From Acetobacteraceae bacterium (GTDB lineage Bacteria > Pseudomonadota > Alphaproteobacteria > Acetobacterales > Acetobacteraceae): a stretch of DNA of 64,000 nt. Where the stretch lies: positions 2,534,642-2,598,641 of the forward strand of contig OZ255622.1 in NCBI GenBank assembly GCA_965276715.1, written 5' to 3'. This document shows, piece after piece, positions 39,160 through 51,297 of this stretch (position 1 is its first letter; each line of letters opens with the position of its first letter). The position numbers and the translations under genes were made by a program. Under the pieces are notes generated by a model, which was not told the origin of the DNA, searched no databases, and was given only the letters and a program-made list of their open reading frames with translations.

Positions 39160-39214
39160 GCGCCGCAGGAGCGGCGAGACGAGACGGGTGCGGAACGGTG
39201 CCCGCGCCTGGGCG

Positions 39215-39916
39215 TCAGGCCTCCTTGTAGCGGTAGCCGATGCCGTAGAGGGTTTCGATGTGGTTGAACGTGTCGTCCACCGCTCGGAACTTCTTGCGGA
39301 CACGCTTGATGTGACTGTCGATGGTTCGGTCGTCGACATAGATGTTCTCGCCATAGGCGGCATCGATCAACTGGTCGCGGGATTTGACCATGCCGGGCCG
39401 CATCGCCAGCGTCTTGACCAGCAGGAATTCGGTGACCGTGAGCTGGATGTCGTGGTCGTGCCACAGACATTGGTGGCGGGTCTCGTCGAGCGTGAGCTCC
39501 CCGCGGGTCAGGCGCGCGGCGGGACTGGCGCCGGAGGCCTCCAGCCGGCTCGCCTCGTTGCGGCGGAGCAGCGCGCGGATGCGCTCGATCAGCAGCCGCT
39601 GGCTGAACGGCTTGGTGATGTAGTCGTCCGCGCCGAGCCTGAGCCCCATGAGCTGGTCGACCTCCTCGTCCTTGCTGGTCAGGAAGATCACCGGCAACTG
39701 CGAGCGCGCGCGCAGCCGCTGCAGCAGCTCCATCCCGTCCATGCGCGGCATCTTGATGTCGAGCACCGCGAGGTCGACCGGCTTGGCGGTCAGGGCCTGC
39801 AGCGCGCTCTCGCCGTCGGTATAGGTCCGGACATGATAGCCCTCGGCCTCGAGCGTCATCGACACGGAGGCGAGTATGTTGCGGTCGTCGTCGACCAGCG
39901 CGATCGTCTGTGTCAT
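39215..39916 (-). CDS. chvI: OmpR-family response regulator ChvI
   Basis: N-terminus [27 protein letters not shown]. Receiver domain plus winged-helix domain. Confidence 0.9.
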   Translation of the reverse strand: MTQTIALVDDDRNILASVSMTLEAEGYHVRTYTDGESALQALTAKPVDLAVLDIKMPRMDGMELLQRLRARSQLPVIFLTSKDEEVDQLMGLRLGADDYITKPFSQRLLIERIRALLRRNEASRLEASGASPAARLTRGELTLDETRHQCLWHDHDIQLTVTEFLLVKTLAMRPGMVKSRDQLIDAAYGENIYVDDRTIDSHIKRVRKKFRAVDDTFNHIETLYGIGYRYKEA

Positions 39917-40008
39917 CCGTCCCTTCCCGTCCGGCTCCTGGACGAAGCAGGCACCTTGCCCAATTCGCGGGTCGGGCGATAGCGGCACGGGCCGCGTGGG
40001 AGAGCGGC

Positions 40009-40662
40009 ATGAGCGACGGGTTCGAGGCGCGCCTGCTGTTGCGCGAGGCGCGGTCCGGCGTGCTGGCGACGGCGGCGGGCGGCGAGCCGCAGGTCGGGCT
40101 GGTCACGCCGGCGACCGACGCGGGGCTCGACATCCTGCTGCTGCTGTCGGGCCTGTCGGCGCACACCAGGGCGCTGGAAGCGGAGGCCGCCTGCGCGGTG
40201 CTGGTGAGCGGGCGAGCGGCCGGCGCCAACCCGCAGACGACGCCGCGGATCTCGGTCAACGGCACGGCCGAGAAGCTGAGGCGCGGCACGGAGGAATACG
40301 CGGCCGGGCGTGCGCGCTACCTGGCGGTGCATCCGTACGCCGCGCTCTATGTCGACTTCGATGATTTCAGCGTCTGGCGCGTACGGCCCGAGGCGGCGCT
40401 CCACGTCGCGGGGTTCGGCCGGGCCCGCAAGCTCGGGGGTGCGGCGTTGCGGCCCCCGCCCGAGGCGGTCGCCGCGATCGAGGCCGCCCGCTCGTCGCTG
40501 GAGGCCGAGGCCGTACGGCTGCTCGGCCACGTGGTCGGCCTGGATCCGGACGGGGTGGATCTGGCGGATGGCGAGGCGACCATCCGGCGGAGTTTCGCGC
40601 GCGCGGCGGCCGATGCCGGATCGTGGCGCGAGGCGCTCACCAGAATTGCCACCAGGGCCTGA
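40009..40662 (+). CDS. pyridoxamine-5'-phosphate-oxidase-like / HugZ-family (DUF2470) protein
   Basis: [15 protein letters not shown] and [12 protein letters not shown] resemble the FMN-binding split barrel. The C-terminal part looks DUF2470-like. Confidence 0.5.
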   Translation: MSDGFEARLLLREARSGVLATAAGGEPQVGLVTPATDAGLDILLLLSGLSAHTRALEAEAACAVLVSGRAAGANPQTTPRISVNGTAEKLRRGTEEYAAGRARYLAVHPYAALYVDFDDFSVWRVRPEAALHVAGFGRARKLGGAALRPPPEAVAAIEAARSSLEAEAVRLLGHVVGLDPDGVDLADGEATIRRSFARAAADAGSWREALTRIATRA

Positions 40663-41341
40663 ACCCGATCCGGCGCTGTCGATCGGGCGCGCTTCCGGTC
40701 AGCGCGGTCACGACCAGCCGCGAGCCGACGAAACGGCCCTCGACCCAGAGCGTGGCGGTGCCGTCGCGTGCCGCGCGAGTGATCGACGGCGCGAACCGGA
40801 CCTGGCCCAGATCGACCCGGGCACGGACGGTCCGGCCGCCGTCCTCGCGCGCGATCCGCCAGAGTGCGCCGTCGCGATGAACGATGTAGTGGCCGATCGG
40901 TCCGCGCCGGACCGCGTCGGCTCGCCTGGCCCGGGCGGGAGACGGTGGCGTGGCCGGCGCGGGCGGCCTGGGCGGTGACGGGGTGGGCGCGGGCGGCGCC
41001 TGGGTCGGCGCGGGTGGAGACGCGGCGGGCATGGGCGGCAGCGGCGCGGGCGCGGGCGGCGCCGGCTCGGGTGGCGGTGCCGGCGCCGGTGCTGGTGCTG
41101 GTGCTGGTGCTGGTGCTGGTGTTGGTGTTGGTGCCGGCGCCGGAGGGGGCGCGGGGACGGATGGCAACGGCGGCAGCCTGGTCTGACCGGTCTCCGCGGG
41201 CTGGCTCGGGTCCGGCACGATGGAGATCGCGCTGTCGGGAGCGCCGACCGGCGGCGCCGAGGGCGGCGACGCGAGCGCGCTCGGGAGAGCGGCCATCGCC
41301 AGGATCCCGAGCAGCGTCCGCCTCATGAAATGTCCCGTCAT
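40637..41341 (-). CDS. secreted Pro/Ala-rich repeat protein
   Basis: Signal peptide, about 100 aa of PA/PAP repeats including (AP)n, then a roughly 90-aa C-terminal globular domain. Confidence 0.6.
   Translation of the reverse strand: MTGHFMRRTLLGILAMAALPSALASPPSAPPVGAPDSAISIVPDPSQPAETGQTRLPPLPSVPAPPPAPAPTPTPAPAPAPAPAPAPAPPPEPAPPAPAPLPPMPAASPPAPTQAPPAPTPSPPRPPAPATPPSPARARRADAVRRGPIGHYIVHRDGALWRIAREDGGRTVRARVDLGQVRFAPSITRAARDGTATLWVEGRFVGSRLVVTALTGSAPDRQRRIGFRPWWQFW
41079..41144. repeat. hexanucleotide tandem repeat G(C/T)(C/T)GG(T/C), encoding (PA)n on the minus strand
   Basis: gctggt x5 at 41091-41120, flanked by gccggc/gccggt and gttggt x2 units. Confidence 0.8.
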
Positions 41342-41404
41342 CGCAAGGAAGCGGCACTATAGCCGGTCTTGCCCGGGCGTCCGCCGTCGACTACCTGAGC
41401 GGCC

Positions 41405-41995
41405 ATGACGGACGAACACGAGCACGACGGATTGCAGGCGGACATCGTCGACGAGGCCGACGCCGTTCGGCCCGGCCCGGAGCAGACGATGCAGGCGGCG
41501 GCGGACCGGATCGGCGAGCTGGAGGCGTCGCTCGAGGAGATGCGCGAGCGCTGGGTGCGCGCGGAGGCGGAGGCGCAGAACATCAGGTCGCGTGCGCGGC
41601 GCGACGTCGACGATGCGCGCCAGTACGCGGTGCAGAAATTCGCGCGCGACGTCGTCGAGGCCGCCGAGAATCTCAGGCGCGGCCTGGCCAGCCTGCCGGA
41701 GGCGTCCAGCGACGACGCGATGCTGGGCAAGCTGCGGGAGGGTTTCGAGGGCGTCGAGCGGAGTTTCATCGGCATCCTCGAGCGCAACGGGATCATCGCC
41801 ACCGATCCGACGGGCGAGAAGTTCGACGCCAACCTGCATCAGGCGATGGCCGAGCAGCCGTCCGAACAGTATCCGCCCGGGACGGTGGTCGCGGCCTGGA
41901 CCAAGGCCTGGACCCTGAACGGCCGGCTTCTCAAGCCGGCGATGGTGGTGGTCTCGAAGGGCGGCGAGCCGTCCGGCCTCGATACGTCCGCGTAA
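41405..41995 (+). CDS. grpE: nucleotide exchange factor GrpE
   Basis: RAEAEAQNIRSRARRD..YAVQKFARD and GEKFDANLHQAM. Confidence 0.9.
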   Translation: MTDEHEHDGLQADIVDEADAVRPGPEQTMQAAADRIGELEASLEEMRERWVRAEAEAQNIRSRARRDVDDARQYAVQKFARDVVEAAENLRRGLASLPEASSDDAMLGKLREGFEGVERSFIGILERNGIIATDPTGEKFDANLHQAMAEQPSEQYPPGTVVAAWTKAWTLNGRLLKPAMVVVSKGGEPSGLDTSA

Positions 41996-42061
41996 GGCAC
42001 CCGCTCGCGGCAGCGGCCGGGATGTTCGGGTTCGATGCATAATTCGTAGGCACATTTGGGC

Positions 42062-42090
42062 CTTGCCGGGCCGTGCGGCCTTCCATACAT
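42062..42090 (+). promoter_or_regulatory. candidate RpoH (sigma-32) heat-shock promoter of dnaKJ
   Basis: CTTG-N17-CCATACAT, located 120 nt upstream of the dnaK ATG. It resembles the alphaproteobacterial CTTG-N17-CC.AT.T consensus. Confidence 0.35.
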
Positions 42091-42209
42091 GCGAGCCTGT
42101 CATCCGGTCTCGTGAACGGTTGTCCAGAACCAGCCGGTCTGTTCCATGTCCATAGGGTCGCTTCCGGTGCTTCGGGCCGGTCGCCACCGCTGAAAGGAGT
42201 TTTTGCGCG

Positions 42210-44114
<1,905 letters not shown>

Positions 44115-44138
44115 GCCCGGTCGTTCAACGAGTGGTGG

Positions 44139-44162
44139 CGGGTCCGGTCGTGTCCGGACCCG
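44139..44162 (+). other. dnaK-dnaJ intercistronic stem-loop
   Basis: 9-bp stem cgggtccgg/ccggacccg with a 6-nt loop and no U tract. Confidence 0.35.
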
Positions 44163-44219
44163 TCACGCTGTCGCGATGAAAACGGATTGGTGCGGCCGCG
44201 AAACATGGGCAGCAACTGA

Positions 44220-45347
44220 ATGGCCAAGCAGGATTACTACGCCACGCTCGGCGTAGGCCGTGAGGCAAGTGCCGACGACCTCAAGAAGGCCTACCGCAAG
44301 CTCGCGATGCAGTTCCATCCGGACCGCAATCCCGGCGACACGCAGGCCGAGGCGCGCTTCAAGGAGGCCGGCGAGGCCTACGAGGTGCTCAAGGACGACA
44401 GCAAGCGCGCCGCCTATGACCGCTATGGCCATGCGGCCTTCGAGAGCGGCGGCGGTGCCGGAGGGTTCGAGTTCCAGGCCGGTGGCCTCGGCGACATCTT
44501 CGAGCAGATGTTCGGCGAGGCGCTCGGCGGCAGGCGGGGCGGCAAGGCGCGTTCGGGCCAGGACATCCGCACCCAGGTCGAGATCGAGCTGCCCGAGGCG
44601 TTCACCGGCATCAAGCTGCCGGTCAACGTTCCGACGCGGGTCGGTTGCGATCATTGCGCGGGGACCGGTTCGGAGACGAAGGATCGCGCCGGCGACAAGT
44701 GCCCGACCTGCGGCGGCGCCGGCAAGGTGCGAGCCCAGCAGGGCTTCTTTCTCGTCGAGCGCGCCTGTCCGACCTGCGGCGGCGCGGGCCGGGTCATCCG
44801 CAATCCCTGCACGGTCTGCCAGGGGGCCGGGACGGTCGCCAGGCAGCGCGAGCTGTCGGTCCAGATTCCGGCCGGCGTCGAGGACGGAACGCGGATCAGG
44901 CTCGCCGGCGAGGGCGAGGCGGGACCTCAGGGAGCGCCGCAAGGCGACCTCTATGTCCACGTCGCGATCCGGCCGCACGAACTGTTCCAGCGCGAGGGGG
45001 CCAACATCTTCTGCCGCGTGCCGATCAGGCTGACCCAGGCCGCGATCGGCGGGGAGGTCGAGGTTCCGGTGATCGACGGCTCCAGGACACGGGTGAAGGT
45101 GCCGTCCGGCACCCAGACCGGCGAGCAGTTCCGCCTGCGCGGCAAGGGGTTCTCGATCCTGCGGAGTGCGGCCCGCGGCGACATGTACATCCAGGTCGCG
45201 GTCGAGACGCCCCGGCACCTGACCAAGCGCCAGCGCGAGCTGCTCGAGGAGTTCGAGCGCGAGGCGTCGTCGCATCCGACCGGCAGTCCCGAGGCGGAAG
45301 GTTTCTTCGCGCGCATGCGGACCTTCTTCGACAGCAGGGCCGGGTAA
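44220..45347 (+). CDS. dnaJ: molecular chaperone DnaJ
   Basis: J domain (HPDRNPG), G/F region and four CxxCxGxG repeats. Confidence 0.95.
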   Translation: MAKQDYYATLGVGREASADDLKKAYRKLAMQFHPDRNPGDTQAEARFKEAGEAYEVLKDDSKRAAYDRYGHAAFESGGGAGGFEFQAGGLGDIFEQMFGEALGGRRGGKARSGQDIRTQVEIELPEAFTGIKLPVNVPTRVGCDHCAGTGSETKDRAGDKCPTCGGAGKVRAQQGFFLVERACPTCGGAGRVIRNPCTVCQGAGTVARQRELSVQIPAGVEDGTRIRLAGEGEAGPQGAPQGDLYVHVAIRPHELFQREGANIFCRVPIRLTQAAIGGEVEVPVIDGSRTRVKVPSGTQTGEQFRLRGKGFSILRSAARGDMYIQVAVETPRHLTKRQRELLEEFEREASSHPTGSPEAEGFFARMRTFFDSRAG

Positions 45348-45431
45348 AATCGGCGTGTGCGACGATGTTCTGTTGACTGTTGCGTTGAAACCACGCCCGG
45401 GTTGATCCATTATCGATTGGTCTCAGGCGCT

Positions 45432-45440
45432 CCCCCCCCC
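45432..45440. repeat. poly-C tract (C9), intergenic
   Basis: The sequence reads tccccccccc, between dnaJ and dapB. Confidence 0.9.
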
Positions 45441-45463
45441 AATGGCGTCTGGGATGACATGCA

Positions 45464-45500
45464 GGCGGCGCGATCCCCCAGGTCGCGCCGCCTTTACTTT
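45464..45500 (+). terminator. rho-independent terminator (dnaKJ operon)
   Basis: 10-bp GC stem ggcggcgcga/tcgcgccgcc followed by tttacttt. Confidence 0.55.
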
Positions 45501-45518
45501 GACGGTGGGTGAGGCGCT

Positions 45519-46259
45519 GTGAGGATCGGGATCGCCGGCATCACCGGCCGCGTCGGCCGGCTTCTGGCGGACCTGGTCGTCGAACGTGGCCACGCGCTGG
45601 CCGGCGGCACGGGCGGTTCGGCCGGCACGATCGAGGACCTCGCGCTTTCGTCCGACATCGTCATCGACTTCTCGCGCGCGAGTGCCGCCGTCCGGCATGC
45701 GTCCGCGCTCTCGGCCGCGGGGATCCCGTGGGTGCTCGGCACGACCGGGCTGGACGCGGAGGCCGCCTCCGCGGTCGATCGCGCCGCGCGCCGGATCGGC
45801 GTGATCCAGGCCGCGAACTTCTCTCCGGGCGTCGCCATCGTGACCGCGCTCGCCCGCCGGCTCGGCGCAGCGCTGACCGAAGCCGATTACGACGCCGAGA
45901 TCCTGGAGATGCACCACCGGGGCAAGCGTGACGCGCCGTCCGGCACGGCGCTCGCGATCGGCCGCGCGGTCGCCGATGGTCGCGGACGGACATTCGACGA
46001 TGTCGCGCGATTCTCGCGCGCCGGCCAGACCGTGCGGCCGTCCGGCGAGATCGGGTTCGCCGTCCAGCGGGGCGGCGGCATCGTGGGCGAGCACACGCTG
46101 TCGTTCACCGCCGCGAGCGAGCGGATCACGCTGCGCCACGAGGCCTTCGACCGCCGCGCGTTCGCCGATGGCGCCCTGCGCGCCGCCTGCTGGCTGGCCG
46201 GCAAGCCGCCTGGACGCTACGGGTTCGAGGAGGTTCTGGGCCTGGCCACGCAGCCTTGA
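45519..46259 (+). CDS. dapB: 4-hydroxy-tetrahydrodipicolinate reductase
   Basis: [13 protein letters not shown] (GTG start) and [15 protein letters not shown]. Confidence 0.9.
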   Translation: MRIGIAGITGRVGRLLADLVVERGHALAGGTGGSAGTIEDLALSSDIVIDFSRASAAVRHASALSAAGIPWVLGTTGLDAEAASAVDRAARRIGVIQAANFSPGVAIVTALARRLGAALTEADYDAEILEMHHRGKRDAPSGTALAIGRAVADGRGRTFDDVARFSRAGQTVRPSGEIGFAVQRGGGIVGEHTLSFTAASERITLRHEAFDRRAFADGALRAACWLAGKPPGRYGFEEVLGLATQP

Positions 46260-46341
46260 CCCTGACGGCGGTTTCCGCCAAGCAACTGCCCCCCGACGGC
46301 CGTGCCCGTGGACTGGGGTTCAGGCCACCGAGGATCGATCA

Positions 46342-47520
46342 ATGCGCGAGAAGGGCAGCTACCTGTTCACGTCCGAGTCGGTCTCGGACGGGCATCCCGA
46401 CAAGGTGGCGGACCGGCTCAGCGACACGGTGCTCGACGCCTATCTCGCCGCCGATCCGGAAGCCCGCGTCGCCTGCGAAACGATGGTCACCACCAACCGG
46501 ATCATCCTGGCGGGCGAGGTGCGCGGGCCGGCGCACGTGATCGACAGCCTCGAGACGCTGGTGCGCGGGGCGATCCGCGACATCGGCTACGACCAGGACG
46601 GCTTCACCTGGCGGGATGCCACCAGCTTCGAGTGCCACCTGCACGCCCAGTCCCCCGACATCGCGATCGGCGTCGACGCGTCCGGCAACAAGGACGAGGG
46701 CGCGGGCGACCAGGGCATCATGTTCGGCCACGCCACCAACGAGACCGCGAGCCTGATGCCGGCGCCGATCCATTACGCGCACCGGATCCTGCAGGAGCTG
46801 CGCACGCTTCGCCTCGATGGCGGATCGCAACTGCAGCCGGATGCGAAGAGCCAGGTCACGCTGGCCTACGAGGATGGCCATCCGGTCCGCGCGAGCAGCG
46901 TTGTGGTCTCGACCCAGCATGACGAGGGCGCGCGGCAATCCGACATCCGCGCGGCCGTGGGCCGCGTCGTCCGCTCGGTCCTGCCGGAGGGCTGGATGTG
47001 CGGCGAGGAGGATTTCTACGTCAATCCGACCGGGGTGTTCGTCGTGGGCGGCCCCGACGGGGATTGCGGCCTGACCGGGCGCAAGATCATCGTCGACACC
47101 TACGGGGGGGCGGCCCCGCACGGCGGCGGGGCGTTCAGCGGCAAGGATCCGACCAAGGTGGACCGCTCGGCCGCCTATGCCTGCCGGTATCTGGCCAAGA
47201 ACGTGGTTGCCGCCGGTCTGGCGGACCGCTGCACGCTGCAGATCAGCTACGCGATCGGCGTCGCCCACCCGCTGTCGGTCTATGTGGATTTGCACGGGAC
47301 CGGTCATGACGTCGATGAGGCGAGGCTCGAGCATACAATGCGCGAGGTGCTCGATCTGTCGCCGCGGGGCATTCGCCGGCATCTGCGGCTGAACCGGCCG
47401 ATCTACGCGCCGTCGTCGGCCTACGGGCATTTCGGGCGGTCGCCCGACGACGGGCGCGACGATTTCACCTGGGAGCGGACCGATCTGGCCGAGACGCTCC
47501 GTGGCGCGTTTGGCAGGTAG
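46342..47520 (+). CDS. metK: S-adenosylmethionine synthase
   Basis: [22 protein letters not shown] and GGGAFSGKD. Confidence 0.95.
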   Translation: MREKGSYLFTSESVSDGHPDKVADRLSDTVLDAYLAADPEARVACETMVTTNRIILAGEVRGPAHVIDSLETLVRGAIRDIGYDQDGFTWRDATSFECHLHAQSPDIAIGVDASGNKDEGAGDQGIMFGHATNETASLMPAPIHYAHRILQELRTLRLDGGSQLQPDAKSQVTLAYEDGHPVRASSVVVSTQHDEGARQSDIRAAVGRVVRSVLPEGWMCGEEDFYVNPTGVFVVGGPDGDCGLTGRKIIVDTYGGAAPHGGGAFSGKDPTKVDRSAAYACRYLAKNVVAAGLADRCTLQISYAIGVAHPLSVYVDLHGTGHDVDEARLEHTMREVLDLSPRGIRRHLRLNRPIYAPSSAYGHFGRSPDDGRDDFTWERTDLAETLRGAFGR

Positions 47521-48235
47521 GCAAGGCCAGGGGGCCGAGGCCGGCCCCCTGGACCCCCGGCTTTACGGGCGCCAGCGCGGGCATCGGTTGCGGGCCCGGC
47601 AACAGATGCTGCTCGATCGGACGCTGCCGCTGCTGCGGTTTGCGCTCGCGATGGCGCAATCGCCCCGGCAGGCGTTCGCGCGGCCGGTCGAGCGGTTGCG
47701 GTTCGAGGTCGGGTTCGGCGGCGGCGAGCACGCGGAGGCGATCGCGCGTGCGTGTCCGGACGACGGATTGATCGCGGCCGAGGTGTTCATCAACGGGATC
47801 TGCTCGCTGCTGTCGCGGCTCGCCCCGGAGGGTGCGGCACCGGAGGCCGGGTTGCCGGGCAATCTGCTTCTCTGGGACGGCGATGCGCGCACGCTGCTCC
47901 AGGCGCTGCCGGACCAGTGTCTCGACACGGTGTTCCTGATGTTTCCCGACCCCTGGCCGAAATCGCGCCATGCCAAGCGACGCTTCGTGGGACTTGCCAA
48001 CATCGACCTCGTCGCGCGCGTGCTCCGGCCCGGCGGGGAATGGCGGATCGCGAGCGATGACCCGACCTATCAGGAGTGGGTCCGGTCGGTGATGGCCGCA
48101 CAGGACAGGTTCACCCTCCTCGAGGAGGCGGCCGAGCGGCCGGCGGGCTGGCCGCCGACGCGCTACGAGGCCAAGGCGCGCCGAGCCGGCCGGACGCCGG
48201 TCTATTGGCGCTGCGAGAGGCGCGCCGCGGCCTAA
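47501..48235 (+). CDS. trmB: tRNA (guanine46-N7)-methyltransferase
   Basis: [20 protein letters not shown] and [15 protein letters not shown]. The GTG start overlaps the metK end. Confidence 0.85.
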   Translation: MARLAGRQGQGAEAGPLDPRLYGRQRGHRLRARQQMLLDRTLPLLRFALAMAQSPRQAFARPVERLRFEVGFGGGEHAEAIARACPDDGLIAAEVFINGICSLLSRLAPEGAAPEAGLPGNLLLWDGDARTLLQALPDQCLDTVFLMFPDPWPKSRHAKRRFVGLANIDLVARVLRPGGEWRIASDDPTYQEWVRSVMAAQDRFTLLEEAAERPAGWPPTRYEAKARRAGRTPVYWRCERRAAA

Positions 48236-48285
48236 AGCGAGGCCGGCTCTTGTCCGGGTCGGAAGCGGCGACGACTTCGTCGAGC

Positions 48286-49770
48286 ATGTCAGCTTCCCAG
48301 GCCGTGATCCCCCGCCTCCGGATCGACTTCGACAACCGGTATGCCCGGCTGCCGGACCGGTTCTTCGCGCGGGTCGCCCCGACGCCGGTCGCTTCACCGC
48401 GGCTGGTCAAGCTCAACCGCGCGCTCGCCGAGACGTTGTGCCTCGATCCGGAGGCGATGGCCGGGCCGGACGGTGTCGCGATGCTGGGCGGCAACGCCGT
48501 GCCGGACGGCGCGGAGCCGCTGGCGCTCGCCTATGCCGGCCACCAGTTCGGCAATTTCGTGCCGCAACTGGGCGACGGCCGCGCGATCCTGCTTGGCGAG
48601 GTGGTGGGCCGAGACGGGAAGCGCCGCGACATCCAGCTCAAGGGTTCGGGGCCGACGCCGTTCTCGCGGCACGCCGACGGGCGCGCGGCACTCGGGCCGG
48701 TGCTGCGCGAATACCTGGTCAGCGAGGCGATGGCGGCGCTCGGCGTGCCGACGACGAGGGCGCTGGCGGCGGTGACGACCGGCGAGGCCGTCAGGCGCGA
48801 GACGATGCTGCCGGGCGCGGTGCTGACGCGCGTCGCCGCGAGCCATCTCCGCATCGGCACGTTCCAGTTCTTCGCGGCCCGCGGCGATCTCGAGGCGGTC
48901 CGCGCGCTGGTGGACCACGCGATCGCCCGCCACTATCCCGACGCCGCGGACGCCCCGATTCCGGCGCTCGCGTTCCTGGGCGCGGTGATCGGGCGCCAGG
49001 CGGCGCTGGTCGCTCGATGGATGCTGCTTGGCTTCATCCACGGCGTGATGAACACCGACAATATTTCGATCTCGGGCGAGACCATCGACTACGGTCCGTG
49101 CGCGTTCATGGATTCCTATGATCCGGCGACCGTGTTCAGCTTCATCGACGAGGCCGGGCGCTACGCCTACGGCAACCAGCCGCGGGTGATGATGTGGAAC
49201 CTGGCACGGCTGGCGGAGACGTTGCTGCCGCTGCTCGACGGCGACGAGGAGCGGTCGGTGGAACTGGCGCAGGAGGCGCTCGCGGCTTTCCCGCGCCAGT
49301 ACGAGGCGGCCTATCTGAGCGGGATGCGTCGCAAGCTCGGCCTCGCCACCGAGGAGGACGGCGACGCGGCGCTGGCGGCCGACCTGCTGGACTGCATGCG
49401 GGCGAATAGCGCCGACTTCACGCTGACGTTTCGGAGGCTCGGCGGGCCGATTGGGGAGGCGAGATCGCTCTTCGACGCGCCGGCCAGGTTCGACGAATGG
49501 CTTGTGCGCTGGCGGCGTCGTCTCGACTCCGAACAGGCATCGCCCGAGGCGCGCCGTGAGGCGATGCGGGCCGTCAATCCCGCGATCATCCCCCGCAACC
49601 ATCTCGTCGAGGCAGCCCTGGCGGCGGCAGTCGAGAGTGAGGATTTCGGTCGGTTCGAGGCGCTGCTCGATGCCGTGTCGCGTCCCTACGAGGAGAGGGA
49701 AGAAGGGGATGCGCATGCCAATCCCCCTAGACCGGAGGACCGTGTCCGCAACACCTTCTGCGGGACCTGA
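48286..49770 (+). CDS. selO: protein adenylyltransferase SelO (YdiU)
   Basis: [31 protein letters not shown] and [10 protein letters not shown]. Confidence 0.9.
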   Translation: MSASQAVIPRLRIDFDNRYARLPDRFFARVAPTPVASPRLVKLNRALAETLCLDPEAMAGPDGVAMLGGNAVPDGAEPLALAYAGHQFGNFVPQLGDGRAILLGEVVGRDGKRRDIQLKGSGPTPFSRHADGRAALGPVLREYLVSEAMAALGVPTTRALAAVTTGEAVRRETMLPGAVLTRVAASHLRIGTFQFFAARGDLEAVRALVDHAIARHYPDAADAPIPALAFLGAVIGRQAALVARWMLLGFIHGVMNTDNISISGETIDYGPCAFMDSYDPATVFSFIDEAGRYAYGNQPRVMMWNLARLAETLLPLLDGDEERSVELAQEALAAFPRQYEAAYLSGMRRKLGLATEEDGDAALAADLLDCMRANSADFTLTFRRLGGPIGEARSLFDAPARFDEWLVRWRRRLDSEQASPEARREAMRAVNPAIIPRNHLVEAALAAAVESEDFGRFEALLDAVSRPYEEREEGDAHANPPRPEDRVRNTFCGT

Positions 49771-49910
49771 GAGGCCGCACGCAAATTCGCGGGCTCGACC
49801 GCTCACGATTTGTTAGGGTCCGCGCGACGAAGGCGGAGGAAATCGTTCCGGGATGAGCACCACACCGGTCTGGGCCCCGTTTCACGGCCCGTTCGACGCC
49901 AGATCGCGTC

Positions 49911-50639
49911 TTGAGGCGTTCGTCTTGGCGACGCTTGGCCCGGACGTTGGCGTCGCGTGGCTGGCGGCGGGGCGATCTGTATCCGTTCCGCAAGCCGCGG
50001 TTCGACGGCGACGGGTTTGGTCAGTTGATTGTCGTCGAATGGCACCAGACGCCCACCGTTCCGAAGGTTCCCCGGGGGCTTGGAGAGCGGATCGAGCACT
50101 GGGTCGTTCGGGCTTTGAGCGATCAGGGGCGACAGCAGGTCGCAATCGGCGAAGGGATCATGGCGACGGGCAATGCCCTGCAACCGGTGTTACACAGGGC
50201 GTTCGGGACGGGGCGTGTGGGTGACACGGTCAGCGTCGGTCTCGATGTGGTCGCTGTTGGACTTTCCTTGAGTTTCACGAGCGGCGTGCTCGCACAGGCC
50301 GCATTCATCGGCGGCATGGTTTTGTTGATGACGGACGGCAGTGCTTGGGCCGCGGAGATGGCCGGCAACAACCGAATGGCCGAACGGATCAGAACAGTCA
50401 CCAGTATCCCGCGCTGGTTTGCCATCGCTACCTGCCTACCCGATGCGGGATGGGGCACGATCAAGGCGCTCCGCGAGCTTCCTGAGGTCATGCGTGCCAG
50501 CGCTCAAAGTTCCAGGACGGCGACACGGGGAATGGCGGACGCCGCGCGCGCGGCGCGGGCTGCCAGGAAGCGAGCCGGACGGGAATGCAAGCGGCTTACG
50601 CCAAGAAATACGCCGCGATCGCCGACCGCGCCCGGCTGA
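49911..50639 (+). CDS. hypothetical membrane protein X1 (start uncertain)
   Basis: The frame looks coding from about 49980. It has a Gly/Ala-rich TM region (VGLDVVAVGLSLSF..AAFIGGMVLLM). The only candidate starts are TTG at 49911 and ATG at 50160. The 3' end overlaps X2. Confidence 0.35.
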   Translation: MRRSSWRRLARTLASRGWRRGDLYPFRKPRFDGDGFGQLIVVEWHQTPTVPKVPRGLGERIEHWVVRALSDQGRQQVAIGEGIMATGNALQPVLHRAFGTGRVGDTVSVGLDVVAVGLSLSFTSGVLAQAAFIGGMVLLMTDGSAWAAEMAGNNRMAERIRTVTSIPRWFAIATCLPDAGWGTIKALRELPEVMRASAQSSRTATRGMADAARAARAARKRAGRECKRLTPRNTPRSPTAPG

Positions 50640-50818
50640 AGGTCGTCAAGGCAAGTGAAAAATTGCGCAGCATCTGGCTGCACGAGATCGCGCCGCGCGC
50701 CACGGTGCCGGCGAGCCTCGCCCTACTGCTCGACGATGAGCTTGACCCGCAGAACCATGCGATCGTCGCTCGGTTCCTACAGCAATACCGATTTCACATG
50801 ACCGTGGTGAATCGATGA
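50585..50818 (+). CDS. hypothetical protein X2 (77 aa; possibly the frameshifted C-terminus of X1)
   Basis: Coding-like codon usage. Overlaps the X1 end by 55 nt in another frame. ATGA overlaps the X3 start. Confidence 0.4.
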   Translation: MQAAYAKKYAAIADRARLKVVKASEKLRSIWLHEIAPRATVPASLALLLDDELDPQNHAIVARFLQQYRFHMTVVNR

Positions 50819-51297
50819 GCGCAGCTGAGAAGACGGGCGCGCCCAGCATGACGCTAAGCTTGTCCGAACGACGGGTTTTTCTTGTCGGAAGCGCTCTCCC
50901 ATCCGCCATGAACGCCTACGGGATCGTTGTTCCTGTCTTCCTGGCTGCTCGCTTGAACCTGGATTACTCCATTACTGGTGTGGCGGTCGTCGCGCTCACC
51001 ATGGGGTTGCTGATGGAATACGTGCGCCGCTACGGCGTGTGGACCAAGCGGCTCGAGCGTCGGCGCAACGCCTTTCGCATTGTGCGTGGATTGCTCTGGT
51101 CGCTGTTGCCGCTCACGGCCTCGTCGGTTGTGGCGTCCATCGCGGCGGTGACGAGCGGGTGTTTCGGGCAACGGTGCAGGTTGGGCGATTTCCCGAATGC
51201 GCTCGCGCTGATGGCTGTCGTCGGCGCGGTGGTCGCGGTGCTGTCGATGCCCGTCACCATCAAGGCGGCCGTGGCGCCGTGGCTGCGTAACGAATAG
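50815..51297 (+). CDS. hypothetical 4-TM membrane protein X3 (160 aa)
   Basis: Four hydrophobic segments. Its TAG stop is followed immediately by the ATG of the R-M gene. Confidence 0.55.
   Translation: MSAAEKTGAPSMTLSLSERRVFLVGSALPSAMNAYGIVVPVFLAARLNLDYSITGVAVVALTMGLLMEYVRRYGVWTKRLERRRNAFRIVRGLLWSLLPLTASSVVASIAAVTSGCFGQRCRLGDFPNALALMAVVGAVVAVLSMPVTIKAAVAPWLRNE

Noticed and set aside
39217-39226. AAGGAGG at the chvI stop as evidence for a hidden small ORF or a frameshift into the 38934-40289 frame.
   Set aside because: The sequence is simply the chvI codons AAG GAG G (..YKEA). The alternative frame encodes Ser/Arg/Cys-rich nonsense.
41079-41144. Short tandem repeats considered as a possible CRISPR or minisatellite.
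   Set aside because: The units are 6 nt with no spacers, and they lie inside a coding region encoding (PA)n. No CRISPR-like repeat-spacer array is visible anywhere in the window.
46260-46341. Possible SAM-responsive riboswitch (SAM-II or SAM/SAH type) in the metK leader. A small hairpin ggcgg-ttt-ccgcc and a GCAAC string are present.
   Set aside because: I could not match the remembered consensus or build a pseudoknot with the SD region. This needs an Rfam covariance-model scan before it can be claimed.
49803-50183. A minus-strand 126-aa ORF antisense to the 5' part of X1.
   Set aside because: It is codon-aligned antisense to the plus frame, so GC3 is uninformative. Its product becomes Pro/Arg-rich nonsense. 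The plus frame continues smoothly into a convincing membrane domain.
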